A stretch of 32,000 nt of DNA from Zymomonas mobilis subsp. mobilis ATCC 10988 (GTDB lineage: Bacteria > Pseudomonadota > Alphaproteobacteria > Sphingomonadales > Sphingomonadaceae). The notes beneath the pieces are model-generated. The model did not search any database. It saw nothing but the letters and a program-made list of their open reading frames with translations, and was not told the origin of the DNA. Of this stretch, positions 9,933 to 18,781 are shown in pieces. Each line of letters starts with the position of its first letter. Positions within the stretch are counted from its first letter, which is position 1. The position numbers were made by a program, and so were the translations under genes. Location: NCBI RefSeq assembly GCF_000175255.2, contig NC_017262.1, positions 1,530,001-1,562,000 on the forward strand, given 5' to 3'.

Positions 9933-11583
9933 GTCCTGAGCCTAGGATACGAGCGGCTTTTGCCTGCACCCAACCGGCTTGTTCCATAGCGTCGATCAGT
10001 TGTTCTTTCTGGCTACGAAATTCCGATTGTGTCGTTTTTTCCTTGGGAAAAGCTAAATCTGTCTTGTCTGATTCCGCATTGGATGCAGCCTGACAATGCT
10101 GGGCAGAAGGACATTCGCTTATCTCGCCTTCTGAACCATGATTTTTGCAGACATGCGGAGTCTTTTCTTCTTCGCGATGCCAGAAAATAGAGGACAGACA
10201 ATTGTCATTGTAACAGGTGAAATCTTCGGCGGTAATTTCTGTATTTCTGGCAAGAGTAGCTGTCCGCCGAATACAGTTTTCAAGCTCTCGGATATTACCC
10301 GGAAAATAACAATGGGACAGAACATCCAAGGCATTTTGATCAATGGTCAGATGGGTTTTGTTTTCCAGATTGAAATGCCGCAAGAATTCTTTCGCCAGCA
10401 GAGGAATATCTGACGGATGTTCACGCAAAGGGGGAAGAAAAATGGGAATGACGCTTAGGCGATAGTAAAGATCGGCTCTGAAATTGCCACGGCTGACCGC
10501 CTCTTCCAAATTGACATTGGTTGCCGCGATGACACGGACATTAACCTTTAAGGTTTTGGTGCCGCCAACCCGTTCAAATTCGCCTTCTTGTAAAACGCGT
10601 AATAATTTGGCCTGGAAATTGGGTGATATTTCGCCGATTTCATCCAGAAGAAGAGTGCCGCCATCTGCCAGCTCAAAACGGCCTTTCCGCATTTGGGCAG
10701 CGCCGGTAAAAGCCCCTTTTTCATGCCCGAATAATTCGGATTCCAGAACCGATTCCGGCAAGGCTGCACAGTTTAATTTGATAAAAGGCAGTTCTTTTCG
10801 GGGGGATGCCTGATGAATGGCTTGGGCGAAAAGTTCTTTCCCCGTGCCAGATTCTCCGCGTAGCAAGACTGTCACATTATTTTTGGCAATCAGATTGATT
10901 TTTTGGAGGATCGATCGAATGATTGGGCTGTCCCCGATAATACGGGGGTGAGGCATATCTTCTGCCTGCCGAGGAGCGGTATGGCTTGATTGCCGGAGCA
11001 GAAATTCATGTTCGCGCCGGATCATCTGATGCAGTCTTGCCGTTTGTCCCAAAAGAGCCGCAACCATCGATAACAGGCGGGCATCTCTATCCGGTGCCAG
11101 AGCCTCTCTTTCATTTCTGGGCGTCGGGCGGTCTATCAATAAAATACCGGAGACTTTATTCCGATCCAAAATCGGAACGCCGATGACGCAGCTTTTTTGA
11201 TTGATATGCCAAATATGAGACCGGCTATTTGAAAAATACGGGTCTTTGGAAATATCCCTGATGATGACTGGCATTTTGCCCGTCACAATTTGTCCGACAA
11301 TTTGTTCGGGGATAGAATCAAAATATATCTTGGCACCTTGCTGGTCACTTTTCGCACCAACCAGAATTTCAGCTTCCTGATCTTCATCAAAAAATGCAAT
11401 AATCGCATGATCGAGATCAATAAAGCTTTCAAGAACAGAAATGACCCGCTTGATAAGGGTGACCGTTTCCATCGGCGCACAGAGAATTTTTGAAATTTCA
11501 TAAAGGCCGAACAAGGCCATATCTGGCCAAGCCGTTCTGTTCCCTAGCGACATATCTTTATAAGCAAATTGTTTTGAAGGCAT
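9922..11583 (-). CDS. nifA: Nif-specific sigma54-dependent activator NifA, C-terminally truncated by IS insertion
   Basis: 553-aa ORF: N-terminal GAF domain, AAA+ domain (GESGTGKELFAQAIHQ, GAFTGA, ELADGGTLLLDEIGE, FRADLYYRLSVIPI), Cys-rich interdomain linker, then EQLIDAMEQAGWVQAKAARILG followed by the IS-encoded SGLIL-stop. Confidence 0.95.
   Translation of the reverse strand: MPSKQFAYKDMSLGNRTAWPDMALFGLYEISKILCAPMETVTLIKRVISVLESFIDLDHAIIAFFDEDQEAEILVGAKSDQQGAKIYFDSIPEQIVGQIVTGKMPVIIRDISKDPYFSNSRSHIWHINQKSCVIGVPILDRNKVSGILLIDRPTPRNEREALAPDRDARLLSMVAALLGQTARLHQMIRREHEFLLRQSSHTAPRQAEDMPHPRIIGDSPIIRSILQKINLIAKNNVTVLLRGESGTGKELFAQAIHQASPRKELPFIKLNCAALPESVLESELFGHEKGAFTGAAQMRKGRFELADGGTLLLDEIGEISPNFQAKLLRVLQEGEFERVGGTKTLKVNVRVIAATNVNLEEAVSRGNFRADLYYRLSVIPIFLPPLREHPSDIPLLAKEFLRHFNLENKTHLTIDQNALDVLSHCYFPGNIRELENCIRRTATLARNTEITAEDFTCYNDNCLSSIFWHREEEKTPHVCKNHGSEGEISECPSAQHCQAASNAESDKTDLAFPKEKTTQSEFRSQKEQLIDAMEQAGWVQAKAARILGSGLIL
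9942..9945. repeat. Target-site duplication CTAG, right copy
   Basis: Abuts the right inverted repeat GTCCTGAGC. Confidence 0.8.
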
Positions 11584-12121
11584 GGTCAGATCCCCTATTC
11601 TGTTATCTAAACGGGGGGAGAAATGGCTTTTGATGAGGTCGAAATTACTCGAGCTCTATTGAAAGTCAGGATAGCTCATCATCAACAAAGTGCAACAATA
11701 AAATAAATAAGAATCAATATATGGATTTTTATAAGATAAAAAATGCTTTAAATATAAATAAGTTACTAGCATTTAACACGCAGAATGAAAGCCGCCTATT
11801 TTTTATAGGATAGATATCAGGGGGGTTCGTCCTGTCCTTTGTCCGATTTTAAAATATCGAATTTTGGGAGAAAGATATTGTGTTAAATAAAATAATAACA
11901 AAATATTCATCTATGCTTTTATTAAAATTTAACATTGTAACTTAAAATTATAAAATTTTTTGAAATAGATATCATGATTATCTGGTTGTTTTTTTTACAT
12001 AGCCAATATTATTGAAATATAAAATTACAATCACTTATTTTTATATAATATTTTATTACTCGATGCTATTTGAGATAACTCTTTAGATTTTTCTTGCTTT
12101 TATCTTTGTATTTTTGAAATT

Positions 12122-12136
12122 TAATAATGATTATTA
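12122..12136 (+). promoter_or_regulatory. Candidate Fur-like 7-1-7 inverted repeat upstream of a TonB receptor
   Basis: TAATAAT-G-ATTATTA, a perfect inverted repeat differing from TGATAAT-N-ATTATCA by one base per arm, about 80 bp before the ORF. The surroundings are AT-rich, so chance similarity is possible. Confidence 0.45.
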
Positions 12137-12216
12137 CCTTCAATTTGTATATTTATATTTATTTCTATTTGATTTTTATAATAAAATTTTTAAAATTGCC
12201 CGATCATTGATATTTT

Positions 12217-14502
12217 TTGATGGGGCGGGTAATGCAAAAAAGGCAATCCTATAAGACGCTGCTTTTATATTCTGCAATATTATCAATAGGATTGATGACC
12301 GAAAGCAAAGCGGAACCCCCCGTTGATTACAGTAAAAATGATTCTGTTTTGGATCGCGACTCTTCTCAAAATGATTCGAATAAAAAGAAGCCGTCGATAT
12401 CCCATCAGAAATCAGGGCAAGAGGTCGCTTCCGCACAAGACATCACCGTTAATGCCAAAATAGAAAACGGTACCGGAGCGAGAACCGCTTTACCGGTCGT
12501 CAATTTTGGCCCTTTGGGTGATATAAAGCCGGAAAACGCCCCTTTTTCAATTTTAAGTGTGCCTCATGATGTTATCCGCAACCAGCAAGCGCGGAATGTG
12601 AATGATTTGATGCAATATTTGCCTTCGGTGCAGCTGGAAATGCGCGGTGATCCGGGAACTTCCCGCCCTCAATCACGAGGCTTTGAAGCGGATGTGATTG
12701 CCAATAGCCGCATGGATGGTTTTAATATTGCGACCACCACGCCTTATGCTGCCGAGCAGTTTGAAAATCTCCAAGTTTTGAATGGGTTGGCCGGTGCGAT
12801 CTATGGCCCTCAAAATCCGGCAGGCACCTTTGAATATACGTTAAAAAGACCAACCACCGAAATGATGGAGGATTTTTCGGTCGGAATCGACTCCCGTGGC
12901 ACCGTAACTGAAGCCGCTGATATTTCAGGATCGACGGGTAAAAACAACTGGTTCGGCTATCGCGTCAATCTGGTGCATGGTGCCGGTTCCAACTATGTCC
13001 GAACAGGGCATATCAATCGTAATTTGGTGAGTGGCAGTTTCGACATCCATGTCGATCCCCAAACCGTTATCGAATTGAATGCCAGCCATTATGTCTATGA
13101 TATCAAAGGCGGCGCACCCGGATTTTCTTACAGTAACAATATTCAACTTCCAAAGGCGCCCGATCTTAGCACTCCTTATCTGGGGCAAAGCTATGCTGGA
13201 TATAACGCCCAGACAGATACGGCCTCTGGTAAAATCAAACATCAATTCGGTGACAATTGGAGCCTTGTTGCCGGAGGCTTATTTCAGAATGCGTGGCGGG
13301 ATGTCTTTGCCAATGCCAATACTTTGATTGATAATATAGGCGATTATAAACAGACGATTGCCTCGGCTGCCACGGCCTATCGATTTAAAATTGCCAGCAA
13401 TCTTGCCTATTTAAACGGGCATTTCCATACCGGATTTGTGCGTCATGATGTGGCTTTGGGTTCCAATGGCTATGTCATGAGCAATTATAACCCAACCAGT
13501 AGCCAGAGTTTTTCTTTAGGCACCAGCAATCTTTATAATCCTACCCGATTTGATGGCACGCGCCCCCGTTCCTCGGGTAGTTATCGTTCAGCCATTGCCC
13601 GCAATCAATCGCTGATTGTCAGCGATACGATTACCTTTAACAAGCATTGGTCGATCTTGGGTGCCTTTAGTTGGAGCTGGATGACATCTTCAAGCTGGAA
13701 TAAGGCCGGAACCCGTACTGCCCATAATTATACCCAAGGCGCTTTTAGCCCGAATACCAGCCTGATTTATCATCCTATTGAAAATCATACCGCTTATTTT
13801 ACATGGGGGCGCAGTATTCAGCAGGGCATGACGGCACCGGCTGGAAGTGCCAATGTCAGCCAGATTCTTAACCCTTATGAAAGCGAGCAATATGAGCTGG
13901 GCTATAAGGTGAAATGGCGCAATTTGTCCTTGAATATCGACGGTTTCAGAATGACCCGACCTTATGCCTATGTCGATACAACCACGAATGTTTATGGCAT
14001 GTATGGCACCCAGCGGAATTGGGGTTTTGAATTCCAGATGGCGGGTCATATCCGTCATGACCTGTCGGTATTGGGTGGGGTGACATGGCTGGATGCCAAA
14101 GTCGGTTCGACGGGCAATCTGACAACTTCCCACAAGGAAATTGTCGGGGTGCCACCTGTCCAGTCGAATATTCTGATTGATTATACTTTGCCATTTTCAA
14201 AAGAGAGTTTGGCAAATGGTTTGGCGATTAACGGGAGCGTCCGTTACACTGGAACGCGGGCGGCGAATAACACCAATACGACATATGCGCCCCAATTCGT
14301 AACGGCGAATATTGGTATCCGCTATCCTTTCAAAATGGCGAATAAACCTTGGGTTGCCCGTTTTACCGTCAATAATATCATGAACGAACATTATTGGGCT
14401 TCGGTCTATCCATCTTCTATCAATGGGGCTGCCGGAGGCACCAACAGTGCTTATGCCGGTTTACCGCGAACCTATTCCTTTACTTTGGAATGCACCCTTT
14501 AG
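12217..14502 (+). CDS. TonB-dependent siderophore receptor
   Basis: 761 aa; plug (NVNDLMQYLPSVQLEMRGDPGTSRPQSRGFEADVIANSRMDGFNI) and terminal strand ending YSFTLECTL. Actual start may be MQKRQSYK at 12232. Confidence 0.92.
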   Translation: MMGRVMQKRQSYKTLLLYSAILSIGLMTESKAEPPVDYSKNDSVLDRDSSQNDSNKKKPSISHQKSGQEVASAQDITVNAKIENGTGARTALPVVNFGPLGDIKPENAPFSILSVPHDVIRNQQARNVNDLMQYLPSVQLEMRGDPGTSRPQSRGFEADVIANSRMDGFNIATTTPYAAEQFENLQVLNGLAGAIYGPQNPAGTFEYTLKRPTTEMMEDFSVGIDSRGTVTEAADISGSTGKNNWFGYRVNLVHGAGSNYVRTGHINRNLVSGSFDIHVDPQTVIELNASHYVYDIKGGAPGFSYSNNIQLPKAPDLSTPYLGQSYAGYNAQTDTASGKIKHQFGDNWSLVAGGLFQNAWRDVFANANTLIDNIGDYKQTIASAATAYRFKIASNLAYLNGHFHTGFVRHDVALGSNGYVMSNYNPTSSQSFSLGTSNLYNPTRFDGTRPRSSGSYRSAIARNQSLIVSDTITFNKHWSILGAFSWSWMTSSSWNKAGTRTAHNYTQGAFSPNTSLIYHPIENHTAYFTWGRSIQQGMTAPAGSANVSQILNPYESEQYELGYKVKWRNLSLNIDGFRMTRPYAYVDTTTNVYGMYGTQRNWGFEFQMAGHIRHDLSVLGGVTWLDAKVGSTGNLTTSHKEIVGVPPVQSNILIDYTLPFSKESLANGLAINGSVRYTGTRAANNTNTTYAPQFVTANIGIRYPFKMANKPWVARFTVNNIMNEHYWASVYPSSINGAAGGTNSAYAGLPRTYSFTLECTL

Positions 14503-14596
14503 GGAGTCGTTCTTCTTTTCCTCGCTCATGATGTCAAAAGCCAAGCGGGTATTTTTTGGAATATCCGGCTTGGCTTTTCTAATTATTAAAAAGCGT

Positions 14597-14625
14597 CAAG
14601 ACGCGGATTCCGCTCTTGTCTTTTT
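14597..14625 (+). terminator. Probable rho-independent terminator downstream of the TonB receptor gene
   Basis: CAAGA(c)GCGG-ATT-CCGCTCTTG followed by TCTTTTT. Confidence 0.6.
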
Positions 14626-14757
14626 ATAAAAGATTTACTTGTCGCTTTTTTGTGAAATCTTTTTCAAAAATTCTTGTTGTCGGCAGAGTTTAATTTCAAA
14701 AATCTCTTGAACTTTTTACGGAAAGGCTTTCTTTTCAGCGACATAATGTGTTTGTTT

Positions 14758-14773
14758 TGTCACTTTTGCGACA
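14758..14773 (+). promoter_or_regulatory. NifA upstream activator sequence for the rnf operon
   Basis: TGT-CACTTTTGCG-ACA in the context TTTTGT...ACAATA. Confidence 0.8.
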
Positions 14774-14807
14774 ATAAATGCCGAGAAAAGGCGCATTTGC
14801 TCTGAAA

Positions 14808-14820
14808 AATCACCAATTTA
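14808..14820 (+). promoter_or_regulatory. Candidate IHF site between UAS and -24/-12
   Basis: AATCACCAATTTA matches WATCAANNNNTTR with one mismatch, positioned between the NifA box and the sigma54 promoter. Confidence 0.4.
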
Positions 14821-14836
14821 GCGCTAAATATAAGAG

Positions 14837-14851
14837 TGGCATAAGATTTGC
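14837..14851 (+). promoter_or_regulatory. sigma54 (-24/-12) promoter of the rnf operon
   Basis: TGGCAT-AAGAT-TTGC with correct spacing, 120 bp upstream of rnfA. Confidence 0.82.
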
Positions 14852-14970
14852 TCAAAAAATTTACAAAGAACCCATTCCATATTTCGTCTGTCAGTTGATA
14901 TATCCGGCGGGAATATGAACAAGGGGGCGTAGCTTTTCGCCTTCAGACCTCCTGAGGAAGGAATAAAACA

Positions 14971-15552
14971 GTGACGGATATACTACTTCTGGTGGTAAGT
15001 GCCTGTCTGGTCAACAATGTTATTCTAACGCGCTTTTTAGGTTTATGTTCCTTTATGGGTGTAACTACGCGCGTTGATACTGCTGTCGGGATGGGGGCGG
15101 CCTGCACCTTTGTTATTACCACCTCTTCTATGGCAAGTTGGGCTTTGGAGCATTGGTTACTCGCCCCCTTTGGTCTGGGATATCTTCGGACGGTCACTTT
15201 TATTCTGATTATCGCTTCGGCGGTTCAGCTGACGGAATCGTTTTTTCGTAAATTCTCGCCGACTTTGTTTCGGCTTTTGGGCATTTATCTGCCGCTTATC
15301 ACAACCAATTGTGCCGTTTTGGGCATTACCTTGCTGTTGGTAGAACAGCATTATGGATTTGTGGACAGCACGGTTTTCGCTTTTGCTTCCTCGGTTGGAT
15401 ACAGCCTCGTTATGGTGCTGTTTGCGGGATTACGTGAAAGATTGGCGTTATCGGTAACGCCTCGTTTATTTGAAGGCCCTCCTATCGGTTTTGTGACGGC
15501 AAGTTTGCTGGCGCTGGCTTTTATGGGTTTTTCTGGAATGTCTGTCCACTAG
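14971..15552 (+). CDS. rnfA: Electron transport complex subunit RnfA
   Basis: 193 aa: LVNNVILTRFLGLCSFMGVTTRVDTAVGMG...GIYLPLITTNCAVLGI...GLRERL, typical RnfA/RsxA. Confidence 0.96.
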   Translation: MTDILLLVVSACLVNNVILTRFLGLCSFMGVTTRVDTAVGMGAACTFVITTSSMASWALEHWLLAPFGLGYLRTVTFILIIASAVQLTESFFRKFSPTLFRLLGIYLPLITTNCAVLGITLLLVEQHYGFVDSTVFAFASSVGYSLVMVLFAGLRERLALSVTPRLFEGPPIGFVTASLLALAFMGFSGMSVH

Positions 15553-15568
15553 ACGGGAAGAAAGAACG

Positions 15569-16231
15569 ATGTTGATAGCCATTATAAGCCTGACTGTCAT
15601 GGGGCTGGCACTTGGCCTGATGCTGGGGCTGTCCTCGAAATTGCTGCGGGTAGAAGAAGATCCGATTGAAGGCCAGTTACAGGCTTTGTTGCCGGGATCA
15701 CAATGCGGGCAATGCGGTTATGTCGGCTGTTCACAATATGCGGCCGCTTTGGCGCATGATGGCGCGCCTGTAACCCAATGCACCCCTGGGGGTAGAAGTG
15801 TTGCTGAAGCCTTGGCCAAGGCCTTGGGTGTCAGCCTTGATCTGTCACAAGCGGAAGATATTGGCCCCAAAACCGCTTTGATCCATGAAGATTTATGTAT
15901 CGGATGCACGGCCTGTATTCGCGATTGTTCCAGTGATGCCATTATCGGGGCGGCGCGTCAGGTGCATACGATTATTCCTGATGTCTGCCATGGTTGCAGC
16001 AAATGTGAAACGGCTTGTCCGACGGGGGCTATCGAAATGGTGCCGGTGGCGGTCACGTTGGACAACTGGCATTGGGATAAACCCAATCTGGCAATACAGG
16101 ATAGTTTAGCTAATCCAGCCTTTGCGGCGCAGGCATTGGCCAATCGGATAACGGATGAATCCGATGGTGGACAGGGTAAAGCCTATAAAGCTTCTCTTGA
16201 AAAAGAAGCCGAAGAAGAAAGCTTGGGCTAG
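15569..16231 (+). CDS. rnfB: Electron transport complex ferredoxin subunit RnfB
   Basis: 220 aa with LLPGSQCGQCGYVGCSQYA and two ferredoxin motifs (CIGCTACIRDC, CHGCSKCETACPTGAI). Confidence 0.96.
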   Translation: MLIAIISLTVMGLALGLMLGLSSKLLRVEEDPIEGQLQALLPGSQCGQCGYVGCSQYAAALAHDGAPVTQCTPGGRSVAEALAKALGVSLDLSQAEDIGPKTALIHEDLCIGCTACIRDCSSDAIIGAARQVHTIIPDVCHGCSKCETACPTGAIEMVPVAVTLDNWHWDKPNLAIQDSLANPAFAAQALANRITDESDGGQGKAYKASLEKEAEEESLG

Positions 16232-16241
16232 GGGAGCAGAG

Positions 16242-17705
16242 ATGAAATTATTTTCAGTCCGTGGGGGTATCCATCCCAGTTATCGGAAACAGGCGACTAC
16301 AGCTAAAAAGATAGAGCCTTTGCCGATTGTGCCATTCTATTTTCTGCCTTTGCGGCAACATTCCGGCGCTCCGGCGGAAGCGGTTGTTAATATTGGTGAC
16401 CATGTTGGGAAGGGGCAACTTTTGGCGGCTCCGGCTGGCCGGATATCCGCGCCTATTCATGCTCCAACCTCTGGTATTATTCGGGCAATCCAGAATATGA
16501 CCGCGCCTCATCCTTCCGGTTTGCCGGGGATGACGATGGTTTTGGAAGCGGATGGCAAAGATAGCTGGGCGGAATTACCCGAAGCCTATAGTGATCCTTT
16601 CGCCGTCGATCCGCAGTTAATTCGTGAACGGGTGGCTTGGGCTGGCGTTGTTGGTTTGGGTGGCGCGGCTTTTCCGGCAGCTGTCAAATTAGAACAGAGC
16701 AGCCAGAAACCCATTAAAATGGTGGTGCTGAATGGTGCCGAATGCGAACCCTATCTGACGGGCGATGATCGGGTAATGCAGGAATATGCCGATGAAGTTA
16801 TTTCCGGCGGCCGTCTGATTGCCCATGCGGTAGGTGCGCCGAAGGTCGTGATCGGGATTGAGCGGAACAAGCCCGAAGCGATCGCGATAATGAAAAAGAC
16901 CGCCGAAGCCTATGACAATGTCGAGATCGCGGATTTACCGGCGCAATATCCGGTAGGTTCTGCCCGTCATTTGGTGCAAGCCTTGACCGGTCTAGAAATT
17001 TCAGCCCGCACCCGTATCGCTGATGTTGGGGTTCTGGTTCAAAATGTCGGGACTGCTCGCGCGGTTTGGCGTTCTGCCCGTTATGGCGAGCCGCTTATCT
17101 CGCGTATTGTGACGGTTTCTGGCGGCGGCATGAATGACCCGAAAACATTAGATGCACCGATTGGGTCACCGGTTAAAGCCTTGATTGATTTCTGCGGCGG
17201 CATGAATGAAAAAGCCGAACAGATCGTCACCGGAGGCCCTTTGATGGGGGTCGGCCTGCCGAATATTGATGTTCCGGTTATCAAAGGCACCGCCGGTATT
17301 TTGGCTTTGACTTCCGAAGAAATGGATCATCGCCCAACCGAAGCCTGTTTGCGTTGTGGCCGTTGCGTTGATGTTTGCCCTTGTGGTCTAAGTCCGGTTG
17401 AAATGGCCAGTTTGATCCGGCGTGATAAATTGGAAGAAGTTGAAAAGCTTCAGGTGATGGACTGCTTTTCTTGCGGTTCCTGTTCTTATGTTTGTCCGTC
17501 CCATTTGCCTTTGGTGCAATATTTCAACTATGCCAAGGGCGAAATCTGGAATCGGCGTGACGAAGAGAGAAAACAGAACAAGATCAAGGCCTTGGCCGCT
17601 GCCAAAGAGGCGCGTCTGGCTGAAGTCTTGCGCCAGAGGCAACTTGCGGCAGAGCGGGCGAAAGCCGCCAAAGCTGCCGCCAATAAAGAGGAAAAGGCAG
17701 TTTAA
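16242..17705 (+). CDS. rnfC: Electron transport complex subunit RnfC
   Basis: MKLFSVRGGIHPSYRKQ...VVLNGAECEPYLTGDDRVM...CLRCGRCVDVCPCGLSP...CFSCGSCSYVCPSHLPL. The ORF begins at 16155; ATG at 16242 has a GGAG-type RBS. Confidence 0.95.
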   Translation: MKLFSVRGGIHPSYRKQATTAKKIEPLPIVPFYFLPLRQHSGAPAEAVVNIGDHVGKGQLLAAPAGRISAPIHAPTSGIIRAIQNMTAPHPSGLPGMTMVLEADGKDSWAELPEAYSDPFAVDPQLIRERVAWAGVVGLGGAAFPAAVKLEQSSQKPIKMVVLNGAECEPYLTGDDRVMQEYADEVISGGRLIAHAVGAPKVVIGIERNKPEAIAIMKKTAEAYDNVEIADLPAQYPVGSARHLVQALTGLEISARTRIADVGVLVQNVGTARAVWRSARYGEPLISRIVTVSGGGMNDPKTLDAPIGSPVKALIDFCGGMNEKAEQIVTGGPLMGVGLPNIDVPVIKGTAGILALTSEEMDHRPTEACLRCGRCVDVCPCGLSPVEMASLIRRDKLEEVEKLQVMDCFSCGSCSYVCPSHLPLVQYFNYAKGEIWNRRDEERKQNKIKALAAAKEARLAEVLRQRQLAAERAKAAKAAANKEEKAV

Positions 17706-18781
17706 TGAGTGGCAGTATCGCAATCAGCGGGCCCTTTACCCATGCGGATAACAGTGTCTCGCGCACCATGCAGACGGTTATGCTGGCGCTTGTTCCAGCG
17801 ACCTTGTTTGATCTTTGGCTGTTTGGCTGGCCTGCCATTTTCCTTTTTGGTCTGACTATTCTTTTCTGTCTTTTGATTGAGGCGGGATGCCTGATGCTGG
17901 CAAAACGTCCGGTGCTTCCGGCGTTAAAAGATGGTTCTGCGATTTTAAGCGGCTGGCTTATTGCGATGAGTTTACCGCCTTGGGCACCTTGGTGGATTGC
18001 TTTATTGGGGGCTATTTTCGCGATTGCTTTGGCAAAACAGGTTTTTGGTGGTTTGGGACAAAATTTGTTTAACCCTGCCATGGTTGCCCGTGTCGCTTTG
18101 CTGATTTCTTTTCCGTTACAAATGACGCAATTTGCTGCCCCACATCCCTTATTGACTGCCCATGCGCCAGATATTCTGACAGGGCTAAAAATTACTTTGG
18201 GTTGTGAAGGTAATCTGGATTCTTTGTCGGCGGCTTCTGCGCTGGGTCATATCAAAACTGAATTGACGCGGGGGATTCCGGTCACCCGCACGGTTCAGAC
18301 CTTGCCCGGATTAAAAGATATGCTGTTGGGGATTAAGCCCGGTTCTATGGGTGAAACCTCGGCAATCTTTATTCTGTTAGGGGGTCTGTTCTTGATGTGG
18401 CGGCGGATTATTAGCTGGCATATTCCGGTTTCAATGTTGTTGACGCTGTTTTTATTGGGAAGTCTGTTTTCAGCTATCAATCCGGCACGCTTTGCTTCTG
18501 GTCTTATTGAATTGCTGTCCGGTGCTTCGATGCTGGGCGCGTTCTTTATTGCAACCGATTATGTCACCTCTCCGGTATCGAAAAAAGGTCAGGTCATATT
18601 CGGCTTTGGGGTAGGCTTCCTGACATGGATTATTCGTAGCTTTGCCGGTTATCCAGAAGGGGTGGCCTTTGCCGTGTTGCTGATGAATGCGACGACCCCC
18701 ATCATCGACCACTATAGCCGCCCTCGTGTGTTCGGTCGCACTCGCCAAGGACAACCGGTGGCATTTGGGGACAAGAAATGA
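17705..18781 (+). CDS. rnfD: Electron transport complex membrane subunit RnfD
   Basis: 358 aa, multi-spanning; GLGQNLFNPAMVARVALLISFP and DYVTSPVSKKGQVIFGFGVGFLTWIIRSFAGYPEGVAFAVLLMNATTPIIDHY. Confidence 0.95.
   Translation: MSGSIAISGPFTHADNSVSRTMQTVMLALVPATLFDLWLFGWPAIFLFGLTILFCLLIEAGCLMLAKRPVLPALKDGSAILSGWLIAMSLPPWAPWWIALLGAIFAIALAKQVFGGLGQNLFNPAMVARVALLISFPLQMTQFAAPHPLLTAHAPDILTGLKITLGCEGNLDSLSAASALGHIKTELTRGIPVTRTVQTLPGLKDMLLGIKPGSMGETSAIFILLGGLFLMWRRIISWHIPVSMLLTLFLLGSLFSAINPARFASGLIELLSGASMLGAFFIATDYVTSPVSKKGQVIFGFGVGFLTWIIRSFAGYPEGVAFAVLLMNATTPIIDHYSRPRVFGRTRQGQPVAFGDKK

Larger units (their letters stand above)
9099..9941 (+). mobile_element. IS5-family (IS427/IS1031-like) insertion sequence, 843 bp
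   Basis: Ends GCTCAGGAC...GTCCTGAGC (9-bp perfect terminal inverted repeats, extending imperfectly), flanked by CTAG duplications; encodes an IS5-like two-frame DDE transposase. Confidence 0.9.

Noticed and set aside
9610-9939. 109-aa ORF MTSKARMFC...
   Set aside because: Out-of-frame reading of transposase ORFB; the -1 frame has the conserved IS5-family residues.
9866-10813. Plus-strand ORFs of 75, 91 and 109 aa opposite nifA
   Set aside because: Antisense to the AAA+ and linker regions of nifA; no independent support.
13690-14215. 147-aa and 89-aa minus-strand ORFs
   Set aside because: Antisense shadows of the TonB receptor gene.
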